A stretch of 64,000 nucleotides of DNA from Antedon mediterranea (GCF_964355755.1 NC_092676.1:2609788-2673787), one strand, 5' to 3'. Counted from the first letter of the stretch, positions 13,629 to 26,552 are shown. Notes: a model not told the origin generated them from the sequence alone. Program-made: numbers and translations.

Positions 13629-14732
13629 TATTGCTTGCTTATGGTCCGGTTAAAGTAGTCAATTACATTTTTGTCCAATAATAGTCAATTATACTTTGTT
13701 CCTCATTTTTCGTTTAGTTATGAATATTCATTATAGAATGTTAAAATTGTTTTTATATGATTATATAATAATTATATAATTTTGACATTTACATATGAAA
13801 CACAACAATATATCATAACTCGGCAATGAAAGGATGAGAACTACCTCACCTTTTCTAAACTATGTCTCATATGAGGACTTGGCTAGTGGTATTTTGGGCA
13901 GTGAAAAAAATCTAAGTAATGTTACTTTAAATAACTTTTTGTACCACTATTATAAAGTAGAATTCAAATTAAAGAAACATTAAAAAAAACAAAGAGTAAT
14001 GTCATTTTAGCCGATAGGAATAAATATTTTCCATTTTGTCAACATTTAGAGGCTCAAGAATAGCCAAGTTCTGTTTTCAATTCAATTATTTTGTCAAGTA
14101 CTCTGGCTCGAAAATTGTCAAGTTGCTTGTGACGTACATAAAAATTACTAAAATATGATAAAATGGGTAAAATACAAACAGTACGACACCAAGGGGTAAA
14201 ATACAAAAACAACAAATACAAAAAATTACATAAAAAGGTTAAAACATGACATTTGAGCTCCAGACAATGAAGACATTTGGATTAAGCCCTCTATTTTAGG
14301 CCCCTGGCAAATACATCAGCACATTATCTTTTCTTTTTACATGTTAGTTATGCGTCGGACAATACCCCTTCCAAGGAACTTGGAAATGAGAGTAAATTAT
14401 CTTGCCTAGGGTGACAGACGAGACAAAAAAACAAATCTAGAAGAAATGTATTGTGTATATTATATCTCACTCAATTATGTTGAACTAATATTAAAGTTGG
14501 TAGACAGTATTCTTCTTAATGTCATAACATGGTTGACTTGCTTCATTTCTGGCATCATATCATGATGTTTCTTGTCTTGTCCCATGACCTTATTTAACAT
14601 ATTTTATCCTTTAGTATTATTATTTTATAATAAAGGACAAGCGTGTAGCCAGGATTTTTATAGGGAGATTGTTTATTTCATAAAAGGCCACTTTATACAG
14701 AAATAGCAAAAATCATCATGAGCTATAAGTTA

Positions 14733-14867
14733 AGCTCTGTCTACACTATCAAACTTTATAGGAAAAAATGTCATGTGCCCATATATGGACATGATGTCAT
14801 ATCACTTCCATATTTGGGCACATCACACTTTTTTTGTCAAACTAGTTTTGGTAGTGTGAACAGAGTT
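14733..14867. mobile_element. PIF/Harbinger-type MITE (family A)
   Basis: TTA-AGCTCTGTCTACACTATCAAAC ... GTAGTGTGAACAGAGTT with one internal 21-bp unit. Confidence 0.88.
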
Positions 14868-16126
14868 TGGCCTTTATTTAATTATTCTGTTGCTGTAGTT
14901 TTAAAAAAGGTGGTTTTGTTCTGACCTTTAAACTCCTGACTAAGGGCATGAGTATATTAGGGTAAAAAGTGCATATCTATAATTAAAAAGCATTTTTTTA
15001 TATGTTTTTTTTAATGGTATATTATTTTTTTATGTATAAATTAAATTCATTATCATGACATGAAATAAATCAAATGATAATTAATTAATGTTAATACAAT
15101 TACTATAATCCAGAAAAAAAATATATTAAATGTTATTTCATATTAAGTTTGCCTATTGTAATATTACAATAAGTTTAGGATATGATACTTGTGATTTCAT
15201 TGTATGATCTTTTTATTGTTGCTCGTAAAATCATCTCAGCGGAAGCATAAACTGTTAGAACATGTAGGTAACCAACCCTTCAAGTCTTTCATACTACATT
15301 TGCCTTTACTCTAAGGCTACCTGCTTATTTCATAAGGCTTTTTGTTGCAAATTATTGTTGTTCTATTTCTTTGTACATTTGATATTAATTTTTATGTTAT
15401 TTTTATTCACGATGCAAAAACACCAAGTCATCTTATCGGTTTGCCAACATAGAAAATAATAATAGAGTAATTATCAGAGAGGCAAACAAATTGATATTAT
15501 TAATTATAGTTGAAGTTAAATCTTTTAATGTAATAATTTACATGATTCTTTTCACGTAAATATTCTTTCCCCTCAATTTATCTCCTCCCCTGTCCAATTA
15601 AATCTTCCCTAAATTAAGTAACATCCCCTTCCATTTAATACCCTGCAATACCTTTTCCAATTACATTAGACCATGGAGGTTCATTATTTTATACCACATG
15701 GTTACACTTATCATGGGGACACGTTCAACACCCAACAAATTGTCCCTTTAATACGAGTAAACAATGAATAGGGATTGGCCACCAATAATACCAATTTTAG
15801 GATAGGTTGTATGTAATTGAGATTTGTTTATTGTATATAATACATATATATTTATACTGTATAGTATTCAGCGAATGTTACTGTATTTGACTGTATGCCT
15901 AAATATGGAAAATTTGTTTTTGTTCACCGACATGTTTATCATCTAAAAAAACAATCTCCAAATGTGTTACTTAAAATAAAGTGGGGAAACAACTAATTGG
16001 TATCAATAAAAACCATTACAAATTAATTATAATATTATAATTAATCCATTAACGTTTCAATTAATACAACCTGTCTACCTTCACTTAATTAATATAATGT
16101 TCATGGGATTGTTTTTTGTTTTGCAG

Positions 16127-16212
16127 AAGGAAGTTGAGAGCATTGTGGGATATCAGTTGTGTGCGCTCCTCCTCCGCCGAAGTATTGTAATCACTGTAAC
16201 GCTTTTTATCAG
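16127..16212 (+). other. Candidate 86-bp internal exon of an unidentified host gene
   Basis: Acceptor TTGTTTTTTGTTTTGCAG ends at 16126 and consensus donor CAG|GTAAGT starts at 16213. GC is higher than the flanks. One frame is open (KEVESIVGYQLCALLLRRSIVITVTLFI). Coding status unknown. Confidence 0.4.
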
Positions 16213-16697
16213 GTAAGTTAATAGTTATTGCTTTTTACAGGTTTGCGTTTGTGTTATTATCAGTCATATATTTTACGGTCCATTCACGTGTATAGGTGTT
16301 TGAGGTAAGGGGGTTAGAGGTAACTACAGGTGACGAAAAGGGGTTTTATATATACCTGACGTGATGCATTTAATGTAGGTGTAAAGAATAAATGTACTTT
16401 ATTTCGGTAGTTGTAGGTTTAATTCCACCGTGGCAGGAATGAAAGAGATTTTTAATACGTCTGGCATGGTGTATTTAATGTTTAATGTAAGTGAATAAAA
16501 GTAGCCAATTCAATTTATTTGGTCGAACTAATGAACACTACTTGAAATTTGCCTTCCATGTCACCCATGTTGAAACATCACAAAAAAAAAACAACAAATG
16601 CTGAAAAATCACATGGTCATACTTTATACAGTATAGTCATACTATAATGCACTGTTCTTTAAAAAATATGTGCATTAAAGGTGTTAAGAGCGATATT

Positions 16698-16829
16698 AAA
16701 ATGACACTTTGTAGGCCTACTGTATGCAAATGACACTTTGTAGGCCTACTGTATGCAAATGACACTTTGTAGGCCTACTGTATGCAAATGACACTTTATA
16801 TGTAGGCCTACTATATGCAAATTACACTT
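16698..16829 (+). repeat. 29-bp tandem repeat, about 4.4 copies
   Basis: Unit AAATGACACTTTGTAGGCCTACTGTATGC containing the palindrome GTAGGCCTAC. Confidence 0.93.
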
Positions 16830-16844
16830 GGTATTATAGATATA

Positions 16845-17023
16845 GGTGTAGGCTTGATGGTTGTCATGCTTGCTTTTCAATCCCAGTGTGTTTGGTTCAA
16901 ATCTCATATGAGACTAACTTGGTTTAGAAAACATGGGTTTAACCCGTCCTGTAATCATGTATTTGCCGTTGCAAGTAAACATGACCATGATATAAACAAT
17001 GTCAAGGCTTATTATTAATAATT
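16845..17023 (+). mobile_element. Degenerate tRNA-derived SINE candidate
   Basis: A-box-like TAGGCTTGATGG (16849) and B-box-like GGTTCAAATC (16894) lie at tRNA-like 45-bp spacing. Ends in a TTA/TAA-type tail. No intact cloverleaf. Confidence 0.45.
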
Positions 17024-18072
17024 ATTTTCCTTTGATAATCATTTCCTAATTTAATTAATAATTAAGGAATAATTAATTTAAACAATTAATTAATATTCAT
17101 TCAATTATTTTAATTAATATTGGATGATTGAATGGATGTGGTTGTAGAACCTGGACTTAAGAATTTAGAGGCTATGACCCTGGGTGAAAAAACCTGTGTA
17201 ACCCCCTAGTTGAGTGTAATAGTTAGTAACATTTCTAGTAATCTAGGTATGCTCTTTAAAAATAAGACTACAATTATTACAATTATATTTTATGTTATAT
17301 TTATAATTACAAAGTGTTATTTGCAACAATATATATATTTTATTTCTTGACATTTGTAGGTAAATTCCTTTGTGTTGGGTTTAAAACAATAAAAAATAAT
17401 ATATTTGCATCAAATTAATCTTTTGACCATAAATTATTCCATTTATTATTGAACGCATTATAAAAAATATTAACAATGTAAACCCTTAGTTAAGTAGATC
17501 TTTCTACTAAACTGATAACTCACAGAGAAATTTATATTCAAAAATTAATTTTATTTAGGCGTAAAAAACGTTAACTTGACTGGCTTTAATTTCCGAATGC
17601 TGTTTTATGTCGGAGAGCATACATGCGTCGAATAAAAAGTAGTAATGCTCTCTCTATGAATATTTCAACATAATGTGTTAGGAATATAATGAAATCTATC
17701 CTTTTACACCGAAGTTAAAACATGCTTATGAACTAAAAAAATTCATCGACCGTAATAATTCAATCGCTGTATGTAATGCACTTACAAAACGCTGACCCTT
17801 TTTTACAATACCACTGTATGTTTGAATTCACAGGTCATTTTATTTGATTGTTTTTATATATGAATGATATGATATATTGTGGGCATATAATGTATAAAAT
17901 ACGGTTGAACACCTTTGACATATCCCTGATATTTTTCTTAATCTGTAAATAAAAATTCACAATAACATTTTAATTAAATATTTGTTTGTACCATTGCGAA
18001 AAATCTAAATTTGAATTGTAATTAAAAAGTTTTATTGTCATTAAAAAAAAAACAATAATGCAACATTCATTA

Positions 18073-18240
18073 TAGTTGAACCCTCTTTTGGGACACTGCT
18101 ATTCAGGAGACATCCCCTATTTCTTATGAAATAATTGAGAGGCAATGTTTTTTGACACTATTGCCAATCTCTATTCAGGGGACACCCCTATTAATTAAGG
18201 AGATTTTTTTTGTATCAAAAGCTGTCCTCTAGTTTCTACT
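18073..18240. mobile_element. Degenerate family C MITE
   Basis: TA-TAGTTGAACCCTC start, CTATTCAGGAGACATCCCC and CTATTCAGGGGACACCCCTATT motifs, right end GTTTCTACT. Confidence 0.5.
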
Positions 18241-19104
18241 ATTCAATATATTTTTAATATTTAATTCATCTACATGCGACCATTTACATATTTGAGGTTA
18301 TTTGTATTCAATTAGTTATTTATTAATATACTGTATGAGCTATTTGCGATCATTAGTTTATTTATGATAAACTGTTGAAGTTATTTATATCAACTGTAGG
18401 AGTTTTTTGTGATCATTTAACATATTTGTGATCAGAAGTAAAGTTATTTGCGATCGGATGTTATTCTACTTGATATGTGCGTATGATCCACGTTGATTGT
18501 GGTTATTGTCATAGCAGATTTCAAGGTGTTATAGTAGATCGTTTCCCATTGATTACTATACTGTTCCCCAGGGCTTTCCAACTCTACATTTGAATTTATT
18601 GGCTCTGGAATTTCATCAATGCTTCTTCAATTTCGTTATTATTCGAGCAAGTTAAGCGTACAATTGTGTTGGCCGGCTATGTTAATCAGTACTATTTGTC
18701 ATCTAGACATTATAGTGTAAAATCCCTTCATTATCGATGACCTTTATGACCCCGTTTGCTTCAATCATAGTCGTTTTGTTTCGGCCAGAAGGTTTTATAT
18801 TGTCATCGCTTACAATATGAAATGCAAATTATCTTCACATTAACTTGATAATTTCTACATCTGGTTAGCAAGCAGTACAATAATAGGTCACTACACCTAT
18901 GGAGCACATGGGAATGGTAAGTTATATGAATCAAGCTTTCTGGAATTCTTTATATAACCTGTTTAATGATTTGTTTAACCTGTTTAGTTGTCATTACAAC
19001 CTGTAACATGTTTAATAATTGTTATAACTGTTTCACTAAGACGCAGTATTGGTCTACTGTAAGTACAAAAATGCATAAAAATAGCAAAATATAGCTATAT
19101 ATTG

Positions 19105-19400
19105 TTATAACCTGTTTTAAATGAGCATTATAACCTGTTTAAAGATTGGTATAACCTGTTTAATGAGCATTATAACCTGTTTAAAGATTGGTATAACCTG
19201 TTTAATGAGCATTATAACCTGTTTAAAGATTGGTATAACCTGTTTAATGAGCATTATAACCTGTTTAAAGATTGGTATAACCTGTTTAATGAGCATTATA
19301 ACCTGTTTAAAGATTGGTATAACCTGCTTGATGAGCACTCTTATAATCTGTATGAGCATTAGAACAGGCTGGTATAATCCGTTTATTCATTTTTAACCTG
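19105..19400 (+). repeat. 42-bp minisatellite made of two alternating 21-bp subunits
   Basis: TAATGAGCATTATAACCTGTT + TAAAGATTGGTATAACCTGTT, about 5 near-perfect dimers plus degenerate edges. Related degenerate TAACCTGTT units at 18953-19032. Confidence 0.95.
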
Positions 19401-19642
19401 TTATTGTTAAATACCATAGAAAGCGTTATGGCTTGTGAATTTATATATTTCACACCATTTACAAAATCCATTCTTTCTTCCCTTATTCCGTAACTGTTCC
19501 TTAAACTGTTCTCTTTTCTTGGAGAGAATCCAGAACTACAATCAGGGGCATGAAATATTATAAACATGCTAATTATTTAACACAATTTTTAACAATAACA
19601 TTTTGTTAAACAGCTCCTAACTGCTGGATTTTCATCATACTA

Positions 19643-20853
19643 CAGACCTTGATTTAAAAGGAGCGCCATGGCGCTGACGCTCCTTGGCGCTCCTGAAAAC
19701 GATCAAAGGAGCGCCTAAAATAGCGCTCCCCAACCTGTTACAGTGCGTCATAAAAATATATATAATGATAAGAATATTAACCCCGAATACAACACACAGT
19801 CTATATATAGTCGCGCAAACGATCTTTGTTATGGCTACCCCCGATAGGCTAGGCGCGCCTACGATCTTTGATGTTGCGAGAAAAATATCGTAAACAATTC
19901 ATTCTAAATATAGTATCAGAACGTTCAATCGGTAGCTCAAAAAGACTGCCGTCAGAAGACCGTAATTATACAGACCTAGTTTTTTTGGTCACATGGCATG
20001 AAACGCGATACTCTCTGCTTTACCGCAACATCTCACATGGTTTTTTTTTAACTCAGGAGGGTGGCTGCCGACGATAAAGATCGTGTACCTGGATTTTGTG
20101 TCACATGACATGAAACACTCTCTCTCTGATAACTGCTCTAATGTTTTCCCCTCCAAATTCTGGTCGGCCCTTTTCTTATACACATGTCGCCTTTATGTTA
20201 AATCCTATAGTAATTAATATGGAATATATATTTATTTTGCATATATTTTGTTGGTGTCCTAGCCTAGGTGTCGTTGTTTTTATAATTCGCTAACCCAAGG
20301 TAGGATTAAATAATTTATAGTGTAGGCCGCCGAAACTAGACTAGATAGATAGCCTCGACTCTCTCTCTCTGCTTGAGCTAAGAGGTCCACGGACCCGATG
20401 TCGTCTCGTCGGCGGATTTCCGTCAAAATTAGGATAACCGATGCGTAGGCCTAGCTAGGGTGGCTACAAAAATTGACGTCTACTATCTTTAGATAGGATT
20501 ATAATTAGCAAACAATACATTGTTTGTTTGCATTGTCCATGCTTCTAAAGTAAAGGCGATGACAATGGTGTTTACTAACCCTACGAACCACCCTACGATC
20601 GACGCGTAGATAATTTAATAATCATAACAATACATCGTAGACTACGTTCAGAGAACAATGACCTACGATGAATTTTACGTGCGAGAGTACCATTTCCGGC
20701 CATCTAGAGGTGTCATTTATCAAAATTCGGCTCGCCACAGGCCCAACCATGGTGGGCCTGTGCCTCGAATACTTAATCAAAATAATGGCTCTCCTCAACA
20801 TATTGAGGAGAGCCATTAGGAGCTCTCCTCTTACATTTATAAATCAAGGTCTG
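19643..20853. mobile_element. Non-autonomous DNA transposon, hAT-like ends, 6-bp TSD
   Basis: Perfect 14-bp TIR CAGACCTTGATTTA / TAAATCAAGGTCTG. ATACTA lies directly on both flanks (19637-19642, 20854-20859). Subterminal GGAGCGCC/GGCGCTCC motifs on the left and GGAGAGCC/GGCTCTCC on the right. No transposase ORF. Confidence 0.85.
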
Positions 20854-21220
20854 ATACTATAATTGAATCATACAAACAAATAATGTTACATAATATCCTT
20901 GTGAGGTTTATTTGGATGGAAAATATAATAATGGTATTCAAATACAAGAGTCCCATATTTATCTTTGTCATTTGTATGATACATATGGCTAGTGATCAAC
21001 TTTAAGACGATAATTTTACTATTTTTAGCAGTTATAACTGTTATATAATGTTGTTTTTATATACTACAGTGTTCCATAATGTGAATTTCTTTTGTTAATT
21101 ATGGGTTAAATATAGAAATATTACAATATGTGCAGAAATACTGTTTTTATGATAATACACTACGGATGTTGAAGTATGCCCCCTGCGTGATTATTAAAAC
21201 ATTTAAATGAAATTAACTTA

Positions 21221-21376
21221 AGCTCTGTCTCAAACTTGTTTGACATTGACAAAAAAATTGTGATGTGCCCAAATATGGTAGTGATATGCCCAAATATGGT
21301 AATGATATGACATCATGTCCATATATGGGCACATCACTTTTTTTGTCATATAAAATTTGATTGGGTAGACAAAGTT
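21221..21376. mobile_element. PIF/Harbinger-type MITE (family A)
   Basis: TTA-AGCTCTGTCT...GTAGACAAAGTT-TTA with two internal 21-bp units. Confidence 0.85.
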
Positions 21377-22768
21377 TTAGATATGCTGTATATTAAACAT
21401 GAAATTATATTACCATTATTGTACTTTCGTTGATTTTATTTTGACATTATTTTACGTGAGTGGTTTATCCAGTAAAAGCTGATCACTAGGGATCCTCACA
21501 AAAATACAATAAGGCAAGACTTAACATGCAACAATTAAATTAAATTAAAATAATTAGAATTTATAAAGATTAACAAAATAAAATAATACACAAAATGATT
21601 AGAATCAAAAGAGAAATCAATTAAATTTACTTTTTATTTTACAAATTATTAACAATCAAGAATATAAATTTGCAATAACAAATGGGTTTTTATCGGAAAG
21701 TTGACTTAATTAAAAAAACTTTAATTGAAACCCATCAGCAATAAAATAAATTTAAAAGATAAAACACATTTCAATTATGCGAAACATTCACTTTAGTTTA
21801 AAGAAATTGTCAAGATTAAGTTAAAAGGTTTTTAAAAAAATCATTTTTATGTCCTCCTAGAACGTAAGTTCATTTAGTACCATTAAAAACAATAAATCTT
21901 TATTCTGTTTTTAAGAGAAAAATTCTCTTAAAGGTATTCTCGAAAAAAAAAAAGAATTCCCACTTTTGGCCTCGTGATGTGAAAAATTTACCGTATCTAT
22001 AAATTGTATATTTGTTGCAATACTCTCTAAGAAACATTAAAATTCAGGGAGGAAAATAGTGAGAAAAAAAATGCTTTTGGCTTTAAATTGGTGAAGGTTT
22101 TTAATACAGAATATTAACAAACAAGATGATGATCTCGGCATTGACTAATGAATGATCCTTAAAGCGATTGGCAAATTCACTCAGTTGAAATTCTAATTGG
22201 ATGGCAGTTAATAATCCTCTGGATTTCATTCTTACGGCATTCTGTATATAACTAGTTAGCCGTAACTCTGTCATAGTTTTTTTTTTATAAAACTGTGCTA
22301 CAATTAAAAATCAGATCCACTGGCGAGAGATTACGCAAATCTAAATGTATATGTGGCTTAGAGGAGAGGAAACGATTACGTATGATTAACTAGTTAGCAT
22401 TTAATCTTACAAAGATTTACACACCGTGATATCGAGGTATTGGGAACTGGTGTTTGTCCTAGGATTATCATTATGGGAAAGCGAGAAAGCGTTTAGCCAC
22501 GTGATTGTACAATTTAACGCTGCGTTTAAAATTTGATATTCTAATTTCTTTTATTTTATTCGTATCGATCAGTAACTTGTCACTTCTAGAATGGTAATAA
22601 AGCCTTATGTGGTTTATGATCTAAGTGTTATTATGAGGCTTAGGGAGTTCTTTTGCCTTTAGAAAAAGAATAAATAAATAGAAGAATATTAGATTTGAAC
22701 CTAAAATTTATTTATTTCAACTTTATTTAGAGGTCAGCCAGTCTTGCAGTAGAACTCACAGGCAAGCA

Positions 22769-23171
22769 GATATCCAGGGCCCTCTTTGATATCCAGGGAC
22801 CCTCTTTGATATCCAGGGGCCCTCTTTGATATCCAGGGGCCCTCTTTGATATCCAGGGGCCCTCTTTGATATCCAGCAGCCCTCTTTGATATCCAGGGAC
22901 CCTCTTTGATATCCAGGGGCCCTCTTTGATATCCAGGGGCCCTCTTTGATATCCAGGGACCCTCTTTGATATCCAGGGGCCCTCTTTGATATCCAGGGGC
23001 CCTATTTGATATCTAGGGGCCTTCTTTGATATCCAGGGGCCCTCTTTGATATCCAGGGGCCCTCTTTGATATCCAGGGGCCCTCTTTGATATCCAGGGGC
23101 CCTCTTTGATATCCAGGGGCCCTCTTTGATATCCAGGGACCCTCTTTGATATCCAGGGGCCCTCTTTGATA
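22769..23171 (+). repeat. 20-bp minisatellite, about 20 copies
   Basis: Unit GATATCCAGGGGCCCTCTTT, with a recurring GGGAC variant and no spacers. Confidence 0.97.
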
Positions 23172-24083
23172 GTTTCATTGGCTATTAAAAAAATTAAAAT
23201 GTTTATGTTAAGCTTATAGATTTGAACCAGAAATTTTTATTTAAAAAATTGCACTATAGACTGAAGACATTTGAAGGACGTCACCTTTATGGTGCCAGTA
23301 CTTTTGGAATGAAGAAGAGCATTTCCTAATGTAATATTTAGAATTGGTTTGGAATTTCCTGAATATTTATGTTGTGTTTAATGTCTCTTTTTATTCACAA
23401 ATCTATACATATTTTACATTTAAAACATATTTGAAATAAACATGAAATATTTAAAATAAATAAATAAATGTAAATAAATAATAAAAATATATATATATGT
23501 TGAAAACTATATTTCCAGTTATTAGAAAATTATTTTTGGTAAAAGCTTCCACCCTTTTAAAATTGTTAGTAAATTAAATTATTGAAGATATTTTACATTT
23601 ATCTGGAAAATAATATTAATTGTCTACTGTACATCCATGTTTTATTTTAAATTTAATTTTAAAGATATTTAATAAACATCTTTATGAGTAAATCAAATAT
23701 TTCCAACTTTTTGCAGAATGCTGAATAATTTTTGAGTGAAATTAGTTTTCATCTTGCATACACATTTGTTGCTAGACGTTTTATATAAAATTTAGCCTGC
23801 CCTCGCTTGTCACGTATGGTACAAGCGTCATACACAAGGATTCTTTATCACTGTATCTAGCGAGCGATAAGTGGCAACTATAAAAGAAAACAGTGCCCTC
23901 GTTAGATCGCTATCCCATTGGACCACAAGTCTCTTTCACGGAGATTACACCTGTTCTCAGAATACAATTATATTTAACCTTCTCTGCTTTTATGTAATGA
24001 CATATGTCCTGTTAATAATATCAATCTATGTTGTTGCAACGAAGACGCATATTTTTACTTTCCTCGATTTATGATACTTAAAA

Positions 24084-24416
24084 AGAAGTATTGTCCCCCT
24101 GAAAAAATAATTCTTAACAACATTTTTGTTGGATATGCCATTTTAATGTAACATAATAGTTATCCACTTTGACCAAAAATTGGATCAAATAAAAATGTAC
24201 CTAAAAAAACTGTAATTTAAAGCAAAAAATGGTCAAATTGGCTGCCAGCCAATGGGGTTTTGGTTGAATTTAACCATTTATTTTGTCATTTATAAGTGAA
24301 AACTATATTTTTTTTTCTAAGGAAGTGATTAACTATATTAAAACTACAAAATAACATATTCAAAGACTGATTTAATTAATCTTCATTTTTTCATATTTTT
24401 GGGGGACAAAACATCT
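24084..24416 (+). mobile_element. Kolobok-type MITE (family B)
   Basis: TIR AGAAGTATTGTCCCCC / GGGGGACAAAACATCT followed by TTAA. A TTAA target with AG...CT ends fits Kolobok rather than piggyBac (CC...GG). Strand is arbitrary. Confidence 0.75.
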
Positions 24417-24810
24417 TTAAAGAAACAAATGAAAAACTTAGTTTATGAAAATGTATTATATTCTGTTTATTTCTCTAATTATTACTATTGCCTCCAAATA
24501 TACAATACATTTTCAACCAGTATTTATAGTACTAAAGTACATTACATTTTATAGCATAACAATTTATGAGTTTTCTTTATATTTTTATATAGTTTTATTA
24601 CATCCTGTGTTGGTATAGTTTATAAAAGTAAACCAAGATTTTTTTTATTACGATGCATAAGACATTTAATGATGTGTTATCTTTTTTATTTTTTAAAATG
24701 ATACAGACGATAATTTTGGAAATGTTATATTTAGCTGTCAGATGTCTGATAAAAAATAAATATAAAATAATGATAAATAAAAATATCGAAAAATATCTAT
24801 GTTGTTTTCA

Positions 24811-24900
24811 CTTACCCGGATAAACCAACATAGGCCATGTTTCTCTCAAAATGAATGCCACTGTTAAGACTGTGTGCCATCCCTGTTGTCAAGTGGTAAC
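24811..24900 (+). repeat. Dispersed repeat family D
   Basis: CTTACCCGGATAAACCAACATAGGCC; downstream CCC...TGTCAAGTGGTA resembles 8234-8252. Confidence 0.6.
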
Positions 24901-24934
24901 AACCTAGCACAATGAATGCACTCTAACATGTTAC

Positions 24935-25248
24935 GGAGTATTTTCCTCCAAAAACATGAAAATAAAGATTAATACAATCAGACTTTGAGACCATTTGGCA
25001 GCTTTAATCAAGTTATTCACTTTTGTAGAAAAAAAAATGTTTTCACTTATAAAATGGCATAATAAATTGTTAAATTCAACCAAAAATCCATTGGCTGGCA
25101 GCCAATTTGACTACTTTTTGCTTTAAATTACATTTTTCAGTTAAATACAATTTTTTTCAATCCAATTTTTAGTCAAAAGTGAATAACTATTATGATATTA
25201 AAAGGCATATTCAACAAAAACATTTTTGTTCAGTGGGACAATACATCT
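24935..25248 (-). mobile_element. Kolobok-type MITE (family B), inverted relative to 24084-24416
   Basis: Contains CCATTGGCTGGCAGCCAATTTGAC (reverse complement of about 24232-24255). Ends GGGACAATACATCT-TTAA. Confidence 0.75.
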
Positions 25249-26003
25249 TTAAATAGTGAATTATTATGTTATAATAAACAAAATGATTTCACAGGAGTTT
25301 AGTTTTAAAAAACTTTGAGGTAATACTGGGCCTATCAGTAAACTTTATACTTCAAAGAGACAATTTAATTTAATACTTGTTTCGAAACCTATTATAAAAA
25401 CATGTCATTTTTAAGTGGAGAGAACAAGCTGATAGATTTCACAATTTGAACAGGATAAACTTAAGAGATAAACTTTGCTAGATATTGGATTAAGCTGATG
25501 TATAGGGGATCAAAACTGATGGACAGTGGATTAAATGTGATGGATAACTGCTGAAAGATGAGTATTAGGTGAGATTGAATAATGAATTGTGAAGAATCTT
25601 GGTTAAAGCTGATGAATAAGGGTCTAAAAGGCTAAGTGGTTGGGGGATAAAGTAAAGTTGGAACTCAATGCGAGGTTGAGTTGCTGGAGGGGATAAAAGG
25701 TAAATGACCACTGAACATAAATAATAACTTTATTGAACAGACGCTTTTAGAACAGCGGCACACGTTTTATGACGGTGCGTTCATAAGTTTAAAGAAAAAG
25801 AAAAGGAAATGAATTATACAATAGTGAAAAAGAAAAAGTACAACACTTAACTTTTGATGGAGTTATACGGTAGGCCTATATAAGTATATTTATTTGTTAT
25901 TATTATTATCAAAATTATTAATATCTTATTGTTTAAAGAAATTTTATTAGGCTATTATTGAGGATTTATTAAATTTATCATGAACAATATGTTTCAAGTG
26001 CTT

Positions 26004-26552
26004 TTTAATAAGAACAGTTAAAAATAATTGTAACTTTGTATAAATTAAAAATGCCTTGTGTCTCGCTTAACTTAAGCTTCTGTTTCACTAACTTAAGTGA
26101 CATTTTGTCCTATAAAGGCATCCTCCCATGTTTTACTATTTCATTTTAATCTCAAAATGATGTCTATTTTGTACCTAGATTACCTGAATGAACCAGCAAT
26201 AGAACAGGATAAAATTCACTAAGTAAAACAGTCATTAAACATCCCTATCCATAAATAGTCATCATTATCATCATCATTTTCTGCTGAATAATAAAGTTTA
26301 CATAAACAATTTGATTCAATAATTTAATAAGAACAGATAATTGTAACTTTATTTAAAATATAAATAGTAAAAGAAAGCATTATTGCAAACTGATAGTAAT
26401 ATGTCTATTGTGTATCTAGCTTTACCTTGATGAACCATCAATAGAACAGGATAAAATTCAATAAGTAAACAATTTATTCAACACCCCTCTCTATAAATAG
26501 TATAGTCGTCATCATCATCATCCTCCTCATTCACTGCTGAATATAAATTTAT
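26004..26552 (+). repeat. Diverged local tandem duplication (about 230-320 bp units)
   Basis: TTTAATAAGAACAG...ATAATTGTAACTTT at 26004 and 26324; ATGAACCA(G/T)CAATAGAACAGGATAAAATTCA at about 26188 and 26430. Confidence 0.8.

Noticed and set aside
16845-16915. Functional tRNA gene
   Set aside because: Box motifs are present, but the acceptor and T stems do not pair properly. It is treated as a SINE-like relic.
19117-19396. Repetitive ORFs on both strands
   Set aside because: They are products of the 42-bp minisatellite.
23856-23906. TATAAAAG inside a weak inverted repeat (TCTAGCGAG / CTCGTTAGA)
   Set aside because: TATA-like words are expected often in AT-rich DNA, and no downstream gene structure supports a promoter.
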